DNA of 64,000 nt from an uncultured Bacteroidales bacterium (lineage in GTDB: Bacteria; Bacteroidota; Bacteroidia; Bacteroidales; G3-4614): assembly GCA_949297125.1 (NCBI GenBank), contig CASFRS010000020.1:84817-148816 (forward strand), written 5' to 3'. The notes under the pieces are model-generated. The model worked only from the letters and a program-made list of their open reading frames with translations. It ran no database searches and was not told the DNA's origin. The stretch's first letter is position 1; the number at the start of each line of letters is the position of its first letter. Below are positions 9,801-18,695 of the stretch, one piece after another. A program made the translations under genes and the position numbers.

Positions 9801-11365
9801 TTAATCCTGAGACCGAATTCTTTCTTCCTGCGCGTCAGGTCCATACTCCCTTTCAACGAGAAAACCGCGTTCGAGTCGTTAAGGGAAATCTCCCCGTCGA
9901 ACGACTTGTTGTAATAATGCCCGTCTATATTTATATCGCCGTAAACGTAATCGCGGTATTGCAGGTTGCGGAAATGGCCGCTTATTTTGCCTCTGTTGGC
10001 ATAATTGCCGCTGGAGCCGTTTAGGGCAAGATTGAACCCTACCTTGCCCAGCCTTTTGCCCGGAAGAAGTCCGGCTATGTTTATGCTGTCGCTCTTTATC
10101 TCTCCGTTATAGTTTATTCCGTTGTCGCGGGCAAGCAGCATATCGGCATTTATCTTTCCCAAACCGGTGGTCAGGTTTCCGTACATTACCAGTTTTGATA
10201 TAAATCCCGAAATTTCACCCGAGAAACTGATATTCCCTATATTGTCGACAATATCGCCGTCAACTCTTTTTATCTCCAAATCGCGAGCCAGACGCCTTAC
10301 TCCCGAAGGCGTAGCCTCCAATTTTTCAAGTTTCCCGAAAATAAAGGCCTCGGAAGGGTTGGGGAATACATAGTCGAGGTTGGCTCTCCCTTTGGCCGAA
10401 ATTATCCCGTCTCCGTAACTGAAAGAGAAATCTTCCATGTTGAGGTGGTTTATCGGCCCGTTGATGGAGCAACTCAATATTGCCGGAGTCTCAATACCTT
10501 TAAATGCCGGGACAAAAGGGGCGAAATCCGACAGGACCACTATACCGTCGCTGATGTCGAAAGCAATCTCGGTATTCTCGGCAAAATTACCCTCCTCGAC
10601 AATCTCGTCCGATGACATGACACTGTTCTTTATGTGAATCAGGCTGTTGTCGGTTTTAAGGGCAAAGTTCCTAAGACGTATATTCTCTCTGTTCCCGATA
10701 AGTTTGAATGCAAGGCTGTTGATTGCAAAACCCGATTTTTCGTTGAATCTCAAGGCTCTCAGGTTTATGTTTAAGGAATCTTTGCTGATAGCCTTGAGCG
10801 ACGCGTTGATAAGGAAATCTTCCAGTTCTATATGGTTCTTGTCGAAGCGTCCCGCTTCCTTGCGGGGCTCCAGGATATTGTCGTAACGCAATGTCCCGTT
10901 TTTGAGCAGCAGTGTGCTTATCCTCAGTTGCGGGCCTTTTCTTTTTCCGTCGGTCTTGAACTTGTCAATCAGGAAACCGATATTTATGTCCCGTTTGCCG
11001 TAGCCGTATTTTACAACGGAAACGTCGAAGGTGTTTATGGTTACGGTGTTTATGACAACCCTTTTATAGAGCAAGTCGCCGATAGAAAGCGATACGCCGG
11101 CATTTTCGGCATACATAAGCGTGTCGCCGTTCCTGTCGAGTAGGGTCAATCCTTTTATGGAAACCTTGTTCATGGGGTAGAAGCGGATTTCCTCAACCGA
11201 CACGCCCGTCCCCAGCAGAGAAGATATGTTCTTTTCTGCCGCATCGGCTATTTTCTTCTGTACGGACGGGATGCTGAAAACAATATGCGAAGCCCCGTAC
11301 AGAACGGCTATAGCAGCCAGGATGCCGATAAACAAGCCTTTTATTATACGCAACGCACGCAACAT
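6881..11365 (-). CDS. tamB: Translocation and assembly module protein TamB (DUF490/AsmA-like)
   Basis: ~1494 aa with an N-terminal TM anchor and a long beta-rich body. C-terminal DUF490-like region LSSQLLNNRLIFNGNLGYRD. First ATG at 11365; the track start at 11374 is TTG. Confidence 0.8.
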   Translation of the reverse strand: MLRALRIIKGLFIGILAAIAVLYGASHIVFSIPSVQKKIADAAEKNISSLLGTGVSVEEIRFYPMNKVSIKGLTLLDRNGDTLMYAENAGVSLSIGDLLYKRVVINTVTINTFDVSVVKYGYGKRDINIGFLIDKFKTDGKRKGPQLRISTLLLKNGTLRYDNILEPRKEAGRFDKNHIELEDFLINASLKAISKDSLNINLRALRFNEKSGFAINSLAFKLIGNRENIRLRNFALKTDNSLIHIKNSVMSSDEIVEEGNFAENTEIAFDISDGIVVLSDFAPFVPAFKGIETPAILSCSINGPINHLNMEDFSFSYGDGIISAKGRANLDYVFPNPSEAFIFGKLEKLEATPSGVRRLARDLEIKRVDGDIVDNIGNISFSGEISGFISKLVMYGNLTTGLGKINADMLLARDNGINYNGEIKSDSINIAGLLPGKRLGKVGFNLALNGSSGNYANRGKISGHFRNLQYRDYVYGDINIDGHYYNKSFDGEISLNDSNAVFSLKGSMDLTRRKKEFGLRIKGENIRVNALNLTGKYAGSTLDFDIDADFKGERLDDADGAVNINSFAFSNNGHVFRCDTASITAHNSVYPQTITLNSNIISGKIEGRYLFSSLKRSFMAMLSDAAPALASEEGGEKQMEGDGEKPVYENVFRFGFDIPNTVLLSHVFELPFSLRKDAVIDGYYSDSTKRFSLICGIPDITLGKLMLKDTDIRMEKFQKAIYAEVNSTHTTSKGVETSWFVNSSTSDDIALLDIEWSNADSTLFSGRVSSSTHFIDSRDGKLLDIAVNPSSFIVNDSVWNIAPATLFVNGNNISFHDVEIGRSNQYLRINGDFCKDPDKLMEVRLKDIDLSYIFDVLDRKNIVFGGEATGSIIVNRLEGTIPEIYTDNFKVRDFSYNYCRFGDLTLQSRLDKESGAIVLDGTVVNPGIKDTKVLGRIFLQSKSLHFDFDANRLSLTFLRPFTKNILSDVDGYATGNITLSGKFKSLDVVGSAFVQDFNFGVDYLNTTFSITDSVFLDENGIYADNALITDSEGHTGRVSMKLNHKNFRNLTYDIAMSRLHNFLVFNVTEKLNPSYYGKVYATGAGSIRGDTRYTDIDVNMRTDEDSDFTYALLDEAAAGEYAFITYVDRDKQAADSVSVEIEEPVQVLAPLNPIKHVMRLNLQIDATPSATVQLVIDTNTNDRITVNGEGAIRIEYNTNEEMKMYGRYTVEKGEYNLNLQDLISKEFTVNPGSSITFRGDPMNAELDISAYYALQANLLDLDESFAQERDLNRTTVPVQTTMQLTGDLRRPEFQFDLNFPSLTQDIYRRVKNIISTDDMMNRQVLYLLALNKFYTPEYMNVGQTHSNELASVASSALSSQLNNILGQISDKFNIGTNFRSEKGDFTDLEFDVILSSQLLNNRLIFNGNLGYRDRSVNSNSFIGDFDLEYLINKTGTFRLKAYNHYNDKNYYIKSALTTQGVGIMFKKDFSKAREIFQRSVPKRERKAKKSGTAE

Positions 11366-11396
11366 ACCAACCAAACTACAAATTTATGATATTTGC

Positions 11397-11404
11397 CAAA
11401 AATA
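11397..11404 (-). promoter_or_regulatory. -7 promoter box TATTTTTG (minus strand) for tamB
   Basis: The reverse complement of CAAAAATA matches TAnnTTTG, ~30 nt upstream of the tamB ATG. Confidence 0.4.
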
Positions 11405-11773
11405 ACATATCCGGTTATTCAAAAAATGAGAGTCCGGGTTTTGCCGTATTCCCGGCGCAGCGGGTCAAAGGCGAACCGGCGCGTATCTGAAAGTACAACC
11501 GCCGCGGCGCATATTCCATTATATCGCCACTTGCCCGCTGCAGAAAACCGGCAAAGAGGTCGCGGGCAGGGCTGCATGGTAATCCTGTCAGTCCGTAAAA
11601 CAGGCAATCGGCACTTATCCGTACAGGGGCAACGTGTCATTCCTGTTACCAGTTATATGCGGTTTCGGGAAGGATTGGAACAAGGGGCGGGGCTGTTTTT
11701 TTGCATTGTAGACAGGGTCAGGCTTTTTTTACGATAAAACAGGCCGAACTCCGGCTATTAGGAAAAATATTAA

Positions 11774-11781
11774 TACCTTTG
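11774..11781 (+). promoter_or_regulatory. -7 promoter box TACCTTTG upstream of tsaD
   Basis: Exact TAnnTTTG, 137 nt upstream of the ATG at 11918. Confidence 0.35.
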
Positions 11782-11917
11782 CCATAAAATGGCGGAGAGA
11801 ATGCAAACGAGAGCATAAAACCGCACCTTTTTGGTTTCCGTCCTCCCTGTCGGCATTCTCTTTGTCGGACGGTTAAAGAAGAAAAGTTATAAAAGCGATT
11901 TAATTCTGTAATAGAAA

Positions 11918-12946
11918 ATGAGCATCGTCATATTGGGAATAGAATCGTCGTGCGACGATACGTCCGCAGCGGTTATAAAAGACGGGGTTCTGTATTCAAA
12001 CGTAATAGCAAGCCAGGCAGTACACGAGGCGTACGGAGGGGTAGTCCCCGAGTTGGCTTCCCGAGCCCACCAGCAGAATATAGTGCCGGTAGTATCGGAG
12101 GCCATAAAGCGGGCGGGCATGACAAAATCCGACATCTCGGCCATAGCGTTTACGCGCGGACCGGGGCTTATGGGGTCGCTCCTTGTCGGTAATTCCTTTG
12201 CAAAGGGCCTGGCTCTGTCGCTGGGCGTGCCACTTATCGATGTAAACCATTTGCAGGCGCACGTAATGGCGCATTTCATAAAGAAATCGCCCGAGCAGGA
12301 TACTGCGCCCCGGTTTCCGTTCCTGTGCCTGCTTGTATCAGGTGGTAACTCCCAGATAATAAAAGTGGAGGCATACGACAAGATGCAGGTTATCGGACAG
12401 ACTATCGACGATGCTGCAGGAGAGGCATTCGACAAGTGTGCCAAAGTAATGGGTCTTGGTTATCCCGGCGGTCCGGTAATCGACCGTCTGGCGAAAGAGG
12501 GCGACGCAACGCTCTTTTCATTGAGCCGTCCGCATATCGGGGGGTATGATTACAGTTTCAGCGGATTGAAAACATCATTTCTATACCTGCTTCGCGACGA
12601 GTTGGCTGCCGACCCCGGATTCATCGAGAAAAACAAGGCTCATCTGGCTGCATCGCTCCAGACAGCCATAGTGGAAATCCTTATGGACAAGCTTAGAAAG
12701 GCGGTAAAGGAGAGCGGGATAAACCGTGTTGCCGTGGCCGGCGGGGTGTCGGCAAATTCGGCAGTCCGTCGGGCTTTTGTCGATCATGCGGAGCGATATG
12801 GCTGGGAAGTTTACATCCCCGAGTTCGCCTTTACAACCGACAATGCCGCCATGGTGGCCATAACGGGGTATTTCAAATATGAAAGCGGCGAATTTTGCGA
12901 TATAAACGCTCCGTCGTTCTCAAGGGTAGAAAACAAATTGGCATAA
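11918..12946 (+). CDS. tsaD: tRNA N6-adenosine threonylcarbamoyltransferase TsaD
   Basis: ILGIESSCDDTSAAV N-terminus. Kae1/TsaD motifs are present throughout the 342 aa. Confidence 0.95.
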   Translation: MSIVILGIESSCDDTSAAVIKDGVLYSNVIASQAVHEAYGGVVPELASRAHQQNIVPVVSEAIKRAGMTKSDISAIAFTRGPGLMGSLLVGNSFAKGLALSLGVPLIDVNHLQAHVMAHFIKKSPEQDTAPRFPFLCLLVSGGNSQIIKVEAYDKMQVIGQTIDDAAGEAFDKCAKVMGLGYPGGPVIDRLAKEGDATLFSLSRPHIGGYDYSFSGLKTSFLYLLRDELAADPGFIEKNKAHLAASLQTAIVEILMDKLRKAVKESGINRVAVAGGVSANSAVRRAFVDHAERYGWEVYIPEFAFTTDNAAMVAITGYFKYESGEFCDINAPSFSRVENKLA

Positions 12947-12957
12947 AATTTTTCAAT

Positions 12958-14199
12958 ATGTCGGGCGAAACCATCGTATTTTCCATAATTATAATATTCG
13001 TGGCAGGCGAATACCTGCTGTCGCAATGGCTTGACTGGCGCAACAGGAAAGCAGCCTCCCCGCAGCTTCCCGAGCCGCTGGCCGGCCTCTACGATTCGGA
13101 TGCATATGCACGCCAGCAGAACTACTTCAAGGTAAAGAACCGCTTTTCTTTCTATTCTGCAACATTTGAAACGGCAATCGTACTGGTTATGGTTGCGACA
13201 GGAGGGTTCGGAAAACTTTCCGATATCTGTTTCTCCCTGTTCCCGGGCGGAATAATCGCAAATCTCGTCTATTTTGCCGTACTGTTTGTGGCATATGCCA
13301 TACTTACCTTGCCGTTCGACGTATACTATACGTTCGTAATAGAAGAAAAATTCGGGTTCAACCGCACGACGCCGCGGACATTCCTCCTCGACAAACTGAA
13401 GGAACTCTTGCTTGCATTCGTATTCGGGGGGGTAATACTGTCGTTGATAATATACCTGTACACCCTTCTCGGGCAAAACTTCTGGTGGGCGGCATTTCTT
13501 GTGGTCATGGCCTTCTCCCTTATAATGACAATGTTCTATTCAAATATAATAGTCCCCCTGTTCAATAAACAGACGCCGTTGCCCGAAGGCGAGCTGCGGG
13601 CGAAGATTGAGGCCTTCTCCCGAAAAACAGGATTTCCCCTTACCGGGATATATGTAATAGACGGCTCAAGGCGCACCACAAAAGCCAACGCTTATTTCTC
13701 GGGGCTTGGTTTCAAAAAAAGGATAGTCCTTTACGATACTCTTGTAGAGGAATTTACAAGCGATGAACTCCTTGCGGTTCTGGCACACGAAATGGGACAC
13801 TACCGTAAAAAACATACGCTAGCGGGGTTTGTGCTTTCCGCCGCATTGACCCTGTTCCAGTTTTATCTGTTGTCGCTGCTACTCGGAAATGCGCAGGTAG
13901 CTGCATCGTTGGGCGCTTCATCATCCACTTTCGCAATATCGGTAATGGCGTTCGGGTTGCTCTTCACGCCGGTAAACCTTGTAACGGGCTGTCTGCTCAA
14001 TACCTTTTCCAGGCGGAACGAGTACTGCGCCGATGCTTTTGCAAAAGAAAACGGGTTGGGAGAGTATCTGATTGCAGCGTTGAAAAAACTTTCGGTCAAA
14101 TCGCTTTCAAACCTCACACCCGATACAGTGTACGTTAAGTTCTATTATTCGCACCCTACGCTGTTGCAGCGGATAGAACGGATAAAAAAGGGAAAATGA
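12958..14199 (+). CDS. M48 family metallopeptidase (Ste24/HtpX-like)
   Basis: HEMGH zinc motif (AVLAHEMGHYRKKH) and multiple TM helices. Start trimmed to the ATG at 12958, after the tsaD stop. Confidence 0.85.
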   Translation: MSGETIVFSIIIIFVAGEYLLSQWLDWRNRKAASPQLPEPLAGLYDSDAYARQQNYFKVKNRFSFYSATFETAIVLVMVATGGFGKLSDICFSLFPGGIIANLVYFAVLFVAYAILTLPFDVYYTFVIEEKFGFNRTTPRTFLLDKLKELLLAFVFGGVILSLIIYLYTLLGQNFWWAAFLVVMAFSLIMTMFYSNIIVPLFNKQTPLPEGELRAKIEAFSRKTGFPLTGIYVIDGSRRTTKANAYFSGLGFKKRIVLYDTLVEEFTSDELLAVLAHEMGHYRKKHTLAGFVLSAALTLFQFYLLSLLLGNAQVAASLGASSSTFAISVMAFGLLFTPVNLVTGCLLNTFSRRNEYCADAFAKENGLGEYLIAALKKLSVKSLSNLTPDTVYVKFYYSHPTLLQRIERIKKGK

Positions 14200-14202
14200 A
14201 AT

Positions 14203-15468
14203 ATGAACGCCGAAGTCATTGCCATAGGGGACGAACTCCTGATCGGACAGGTAACGGATACAAATTCCGATTATATAGCGAAAAGACTCAACTTACACGG
14301 AGTGGAACTGCTCCGCGTAACGCGGGTGAGGGACCGCGCCGGTGAAATAACGGCTGCTGTAAACGAGTCGTTATCCAGAGTGCCGGTGGTATTGCTTACG
14401 GGAGGGTTGGGTCCTACAAAGGACGATATAACCAAAATTACGCTTTGCGGCATATTCGGAGGCAAACTTGTGTATTCTCCCGAGACGCAGGCATCGAACG
14501 ATGCCCTTTTTGCCCGTCAGGGAAAGGAGATGAACGAACTGACGTGCCGCCAGGCCATGCTCCCCGATGTCTGTACTGTGATACCCAACCCGATAGGAAC
14601 GGCTCCCGGAATGCTGTTCCGGCGGGACGGAAAGATTCTGGTTTCCATGCCCGGAGTGCCGTTTGAAATGCGCAATATGATGGAAAACGGCGTTCTGCCG
14701 ATAATAGACAAGGCGTTTCCATGCCGTGGGTATATAATGCATGCTACAAAACTCGTATCGGGTTTTACCGAGTCGAGGCTTGCAACGTATCTGAACGACT
14801 ATGAAGCTTCCTTGCCGGAGACCGTAAAGCTGGCATACCTCCCGAATATGGGGATAATAAGGCTGCGGCTTACGGTTCGCGGTTCGGACAAAGAGGAGGT
14901 CGCATCGCTGTTGTCGCAATATTCCGGCAGCCTTACCCTGCTGTTGGCCGGGCATATAGTTTCCGAAACCGATATGACACCTGGCGAGGCATTGGGAACC
15001 CTGCTTAAAGCCCGCGGGTATACTCTTTCCACGGCAGAGAGTTGTACCGGAGGGAATGTGGCGGCCAGAATCGTGGCGGCGGCCGGTGCATCGCAATATT
15101 ATAAGGGAGGGCTAATATCTTACGACAACAGCGTAAAGACAAATGAACTCGGCGTCCCGGCAAAAGACCTTGAAGCCTTCGGCGCAGTGAGCGACACGGT
15201 AGCGCGCAGCATGGCGCGTGGAGTGGCGATGAAACTTTCCACCGACTGCGCGATAGCCACATCCGGCGTTGCCGGTCCCGACGGGGGGACGGCGGAAAAG
15301 CCCGTGGGGACAGTAGCGATATCGGTATATAGGAAAGGAGAGGAAATAACACGGACCGTTAAATTCCCGCCGGCCGACAGGGAAAAGAACATAGAGCGTT
15401 TTACATCGGCTGCGCTCACCATGATGATAGAACTTCTCATGCGCGAAGGCGGATGCCGGACGCGGTAG
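14203..15468 (+). CDS. cinA: CinA family protein (competence/damage-inducible; NMN amidohydrolase PncC domain)
   Basis: N-terminal MoCF-type domain AEVIAIGDELLIGQVTDTNS and a C-terminal CinA domain TAESCTGG. Confidence 0.9.
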   Translation: MNAEVIAIGDELLIGQVTDTNSDYIAKRLNLHGVELLRVTRVRDRAGEITAAVNESLSRVPVVLLTGGLGPTKDDITKITLCGIFGGKLVYSPETQASNDALFARQGKEMNELTCRQAMLPDVCTVIPNPIGTAPGMLFRRDGKILVSMPGVPFEMRNMMENGVLPIIDKAFPCRGYIMHATKLVSGFTESRLATYLNDYEASLPETVKLAYLPNMGIIRLRLTVRGSDKEEVASLLSQYSGSLTLLLAGHIVSETDMTPGEALGTLLKARGYTLSTAESCTGGNVAARIVAAAGASQYYKGGLISYDNSVKTNELGVPAKDLEAFGAVSDTVARSMARGVAMKLSTDCAIATSGVAGPDGGTAEKPVGTVAISVYRKGEEITRTVKFPPADREKNIERFTSAALTMMIELLMREGGCRTR

Positions 15469-15687
15469 CCTCCGCGGCCGGGGCAGTGCGAGAATCCGCA
15501 AGACAAGATGTCTGCAGCATGGGGTAAAATCCCGTAAAACATGTGCGGACCGGTGGAATGCGGATGAAAAAATGCTAACCTGTAACAATTTGGATGTAAA
15601 AAATTTTGTCAGGTCAATAAAAATAGCTTACTTTGCACTCTGTTTTGAAAAAGATACGGAAATCAATAATAAAAGAGTATATACAAA

Positions 15688-15924
15688 ATGTCTAAGATTT
15701 GTCAAATTACCGGGAAACAAGCATTGGTTGGCAATAACGTATCTCACTCTAAGAGACGTACCAAGAGAAGATTCAATGTCAATCTTTTTACAAAGAAGTT
15801 CTATTGGGTGGAACAGGATTGTTGGATAGACCTTAACATATCGGCAGCAGGTCTCCGTCTTATCAACAAAATAGGACTTGATGCAGCAATAAAGCAAGCC
15901 GCAGAAAAAGGTTATTTAAAATAA
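15688..15924 (+). CDS. rpmB: 50S ribosomal protein L28
   Basis: [29 protein letters not shown] is canonical L28. Confidence 0.95.
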   Translation: MSKICQITGKQALVGNNVSHSKRRTKRRFNVNLFTKKFYWVEQDCWIDLNISAAGLRLINKIGLDAAIKQAAEKGYLK

Positions 15925-15945
15925 TAAACGAGGGAGAAAAACAAG

Positions 15946-16134
15946 ATGGCAAAGAAAGCAAAAGGTAATAGAGTACAGGTTATCCTTGAATGCACAGAGC
16001 ATAAAGATAGTGGTATGCCCGGTACCTCGAGATATATTACTACAAAGAACAGAAAAAATACCACAGAGAGATTGGAACTCAAGAAGTACAATCCCATTCT
16101 TAAAAGAGTAACAGTTCACAAAGAGATAAAATAA
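15946..16134 (+). CDS. rpmG: 50S ribosomal protein L33
   Basis: [20 protein letters not shown]...[22 protein letters not shown] is canonical L33. Confidence 0.95.
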   Translation: MAKKAKGNRVQVILECTEHKDSGMPGTSRYITTKNRKNTTERLELKKYNPILKRVTVHKEIK

Positions 16135-16143
16135 CATTGAACC

Positions 16144-16296
16144 ATGGCAAAGAAGACAGTCGCATCATTGCAGAAAGGTGAAGGCCGTACCTACTCCAAG
16201 GTCATCAAAATGGTGAAGTCGCCTAAAACTGGAGCATACATTTTTGAAGAAGAAATGGTCCCCAACGAGAAAGTAAACGAGAAACTTGCAAAATAG
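16144..16296 (+). CDS. DUF4295 family small protein (50 aa; below the ORF-track size cut-off)
   Basis: My own translation gives MAKKTVASLQKGEGRTYSKVIKMVKSPKTGAYIFEEEMVPNEKVNEKLAK. This family follows rpmG in Bacteroidetes. Confidence 0.75.
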   Translation: MAKKTVASLQKGEGRTYSKVIKMVKSPKTGAYIFEEEMVPNEKVNEKLAK

Positions 16297-16323
16297 TTCA
16301 AACTGCATATACATACAAACAGA

Positions 16324-16360
16324 GGCTGTCGGCACATAGACTCCGGCAGCCCCTTTTGTT
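16324..16360 (+). terminator. Rho-independent terminator of the rpmB-rpmG-DUF4295 unit
   Basis: GGCTGTCGG / CCGGCAGCC form a 9-bp stem (one G-U pair) with a 10-nt loop, followed by CCTTTTGTT. Confidence 0.7.
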
Positions 16361-16401
16361 ATATCAGGGCCTAAGCGTATAAACAGAAAAAATATTGTAA
16401 T

Positions 16402-17358
16402 ATGGGGTTTTTTGACTTTTTCTCGAAAGAAAAGAAAGCGACCCTCGACAAAGGGTTGGAAAAGACCAAAGAAGGCGTCTTTTCCAAATTGGCGCGTCTT
16501 GTGGCAGGCAGGACCACTGTCGACGACGACCTGCTCGACGAACTGGAAGAGGTTCTGATAACATCCGATGTCGGGATAGAGACCACCCTGCGGATAATAG
16601 AGCGGATACAGCAGCGTGTGGCGCGCGACAAATATCTGTCGGCAAATGAATTGCAGACAATATTACGGGAAGAGATAATATCCCTCCTGACAGAAAACAA
16701 CAATTCCGACGACAACGGGTTCACGCTGGAAGGCAACCGTCGCCCCTACGTTATAATGGTGGTCGGCGTGAACGGAGTAGGCAAAACTACTACAATAGGC
16801 AAGTTGGCCTACCAGTATAAGAAAAACGGGTACAGCGTGTATCTGGGAGCAGCCGATACGTTCAGGGCGGCAGCAGTCGAACAACTGGATATTTGGGGCG
16901 AACGGGTAGGTGTTCCCGTCATAAAACAGAAAATGGGGGCCGATCCGGCATCGGTGGCATTCGATACGCTTTCGTCCGCAAAGGCGGCAGGAGCAGATTT
17001 GGCGATAATAGATACCGCCGGACGTCTGCACAACAAGATAGGCCTAATGAATGAGCTTGCCAAAATCCGCAAGGTAATGGACAAGGTTGTTCCCGGAGCT
17101 CCCGACGAAATACTTCTTGTGCTTGACGGTTCAACCGGGCAGAACGCATTCGAGCAGGCACGTCAGTTTATGGCGGCAACCGAAATAAATGCGCTAGCCG
17201 TAACAAAACTCGACGGGACGGCAAAAGGGGGTGTGGTCATAGGTATTTCCGATCAGTTCAAGATACCGGTAAAATACATAGGGTTAGGCGAGGGGATAGA
17301 GGACTTGCAGCCGTTCAACCGGAAGGCTTTCGTCGATTCCCTGTTCGGCGACAGATAA
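16402..17358 (+). CDS. ftsY: Signal recognition particle receptor FtsY
   Basis: SRP GTPase motifs GVNGVGKTTTIGKLA, DTAGRL and TKLDGTAKGG. Confidence 0.95.
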   Translation: MGFFDFFSKEKKATLDKGLEKTKEGVFSKLARLVAGRTTVDDDLLDELEEVLITSDVGIETTLRIIERIQQRVARDKYLSANELQTILREEIISLLTENNNSDDNGFTLEGNRRPYVIMVVGVNGVGKTTTIGKLAYQYKKNGYSVYLGAADTFRAAAVEQLDIWGERVGVPVIKQKMGADPASVAFDTLSSAKAAGADLAIIDTAGRLHNKIGLMNELAKIRKVMDKVVPGAPDEILLVLDGSTGQNAFEQARQFMAATEINALAVTKLDGTAKGGVVIGISDQFKIPVKYIGLGEGIEDLQPFNRKAFVDSLFGDR

Positions 17359-17382
17359 ATGCACAGGAGAGGGGAAGAAGGG

Positions 17383-18684
17383 ATGCAGAAGAACCGCATA
17401 GACATAATAACCTTAGGGTGCTCCAAAAACCTTGTCGATTCGGAGAAACTGATGAAGCAGTTTTCGGAACTCGGCTATAAGGTATGCCACGACTCCGATG
17501 ACGTCCGCGGAGAAACCGTAATAATCAATACCTGCGGGTTTATAGGCGATGCAAAGGAAGAATCGGTAAACATGATTCTTCAGTTTGCCGAGGCGAAAGC
17601 CCTCGGCCGTATAAAAAGGCTGTATGTAATGGGCTGCCTTTCCGAGCGTTATATGAACGAGCTGAAAGGCGAAATTCCCGAAGTGGACGGTTACTTCGGC
17701 AAGTTCGACTGGCAGGCAATAATCACCTCCCTGTCAGGGAAGTACGATGAAAGCATTGCCTACAAACGGGTTCTCACCACACCGTCGCACTATGCGTACC
17801 TGAAAATTTCAGAAGGGTGCAACCGCATGTGCGCATACTGCGCCATACCGATAATCACTGGCCGGTACAAATCGCGTACAATGGAGAGTATCGTGCGGGA
17901 AGCAGAGTATCTCGTTTCCGGTGGCGTTACGGAACTTCAGTTGATAGCGCAGGATCTCACATATTACGGTACGGACATATACGGGAAACCGAAACTGGCC
18001 GAACTGATAACCCGGATTTCCGATATTGAGGGGCTGCGGTGGCTGCGGCTGCATTATGCATACCCTGCCGATTTCCCTTATGACATACTGCCGGTAATGG
18101 CATCGAGGCCGAATATCTGCAAATACCTCGACATCGCATTGCAGCATATCAGCGACGGGGTTTTATCCCGCATGCTCCGCCATGTAACAAAAACCGGGAC
18201 ATATGAACTGATTTCCCGTATCCGCAGGGAAGTCCCCGGCATACATCTAAGAACCACGCTGATGGTAGGTTTCCCCGGCGAGACCGATGCCGAGTTTGAA
18301 GAACTGATGCAGTTCGTAAAAGATGCCCGCTTCGAGCGGATGGGCGCATTCGAGTATTCCGAGGAAGAAGGGACTTTCTCCGCCCGTCATTACAAGGACG
18401 ATGTCCCGCCCGAAGTAAAGTCCGAAAGGCTTCAAAAGATTATGGCCCTGCAAGAGCAGATATCGGAAGAGGTGAACATCGCAAAGACAGGACAGGAACT
18501 GCTGGCGGTAATAGACAGGGTGGAAGGCGATTATTACGTGGCCAGAACGGAATATGATTCGCCCGAAGTCGACCCCGAGCTTCTGATAAAAAGAACATCT
18601 GCCGAACTGAAAACGGGAGAGTACTATAAGGTAAGGATAACCGGTGCAGCGCCGTACGAACTGTACGGGGAGGCAGTACTTTAA
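17383..18684 (+). CDS. rimO: Ribosomal protein S12 methylthiotransferase RimO
   Basis: The N-terminus IDIITLGCSKNLVDSE, the radical-SAM motif CNRMCAYC and a TRAM C-terminus. Alternative ATG at 17359. Confidence 0.9.
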   Translation: MQKNRIDIITLGCSKNLVDSEKLMKQFSELGYKVCHDSDDVRGETVIINTCGFIGDAKEESVNMILQFAEAKALGRIKRLYVMGCLSERYMNELKGEIPEVDGYFGKFDWQAIITSLSGKYDESIAYKRVLTTPSHYAYLKISEGCNRMCAYCAIPIITGRYKSRTMESIVREAEYLVSGGVTELQLIAQDLTYYGTDIYGKPKLAELITRISDIEGLRWLRLHYAYPADFPYDILPVMASRPNICKYLDIALQHISDGVLSRMLRHVTKTGTYELISRIRREVPGIHLRTTLMVGFPGETDAEFEELMQFVKDARFERMGAFEYSEEEGTFSARHYKDDVPPEVKSERLQKIMALQEQISEEVNIAKTGQELLAVIDRVEGDYYVARTEYDSPEVDPELLIKRTSAELKTGEYYKVRITGAAPYELYGEAVL

Positions 18685-18695
18685 AAACCGCAACA

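Noticed and set aside
11430-11762. Possible RNase P RNA (rnpB). GAGAGTCCGGG, GAAAGTACAACCGCC and ACAGGCCGAACTCCGGCTA resemble CR-I, CR-II and CR-V in the right order.
   Set aside because: The other universal blocks are absent (GGTAAGGGTGAAA..GGTG.GGTAAGAGC.CACC, GGTAAACCCCAC, GAGCAAG.CCAAATAGG). I could not build P1/P2/P3 pairings from the flanks. A GGGCAGGGCTGC..GGTAAT string lies in the wrong order. The matches are probably chance. cmsearch with RF00010 would settle it.
12895-12957. N-terminal extensions of track ORFs. The track starts were 12895, 17359, 23271, 50356, 55582, 59455, 38989, 11374, 2445 and 3202.
   Set aside because: The extensions overlap upstream genes or run through promoter or spacer sequence. 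Several begin at TTG or GTG. Internal ATGs give the canonical family N-termini or signal peptides, for example MDIIHLLPDSVANQIAAGEV for MutL and MKRTITVISAILLLAAV for the hydrolase. Starts were trimmed accordingly.
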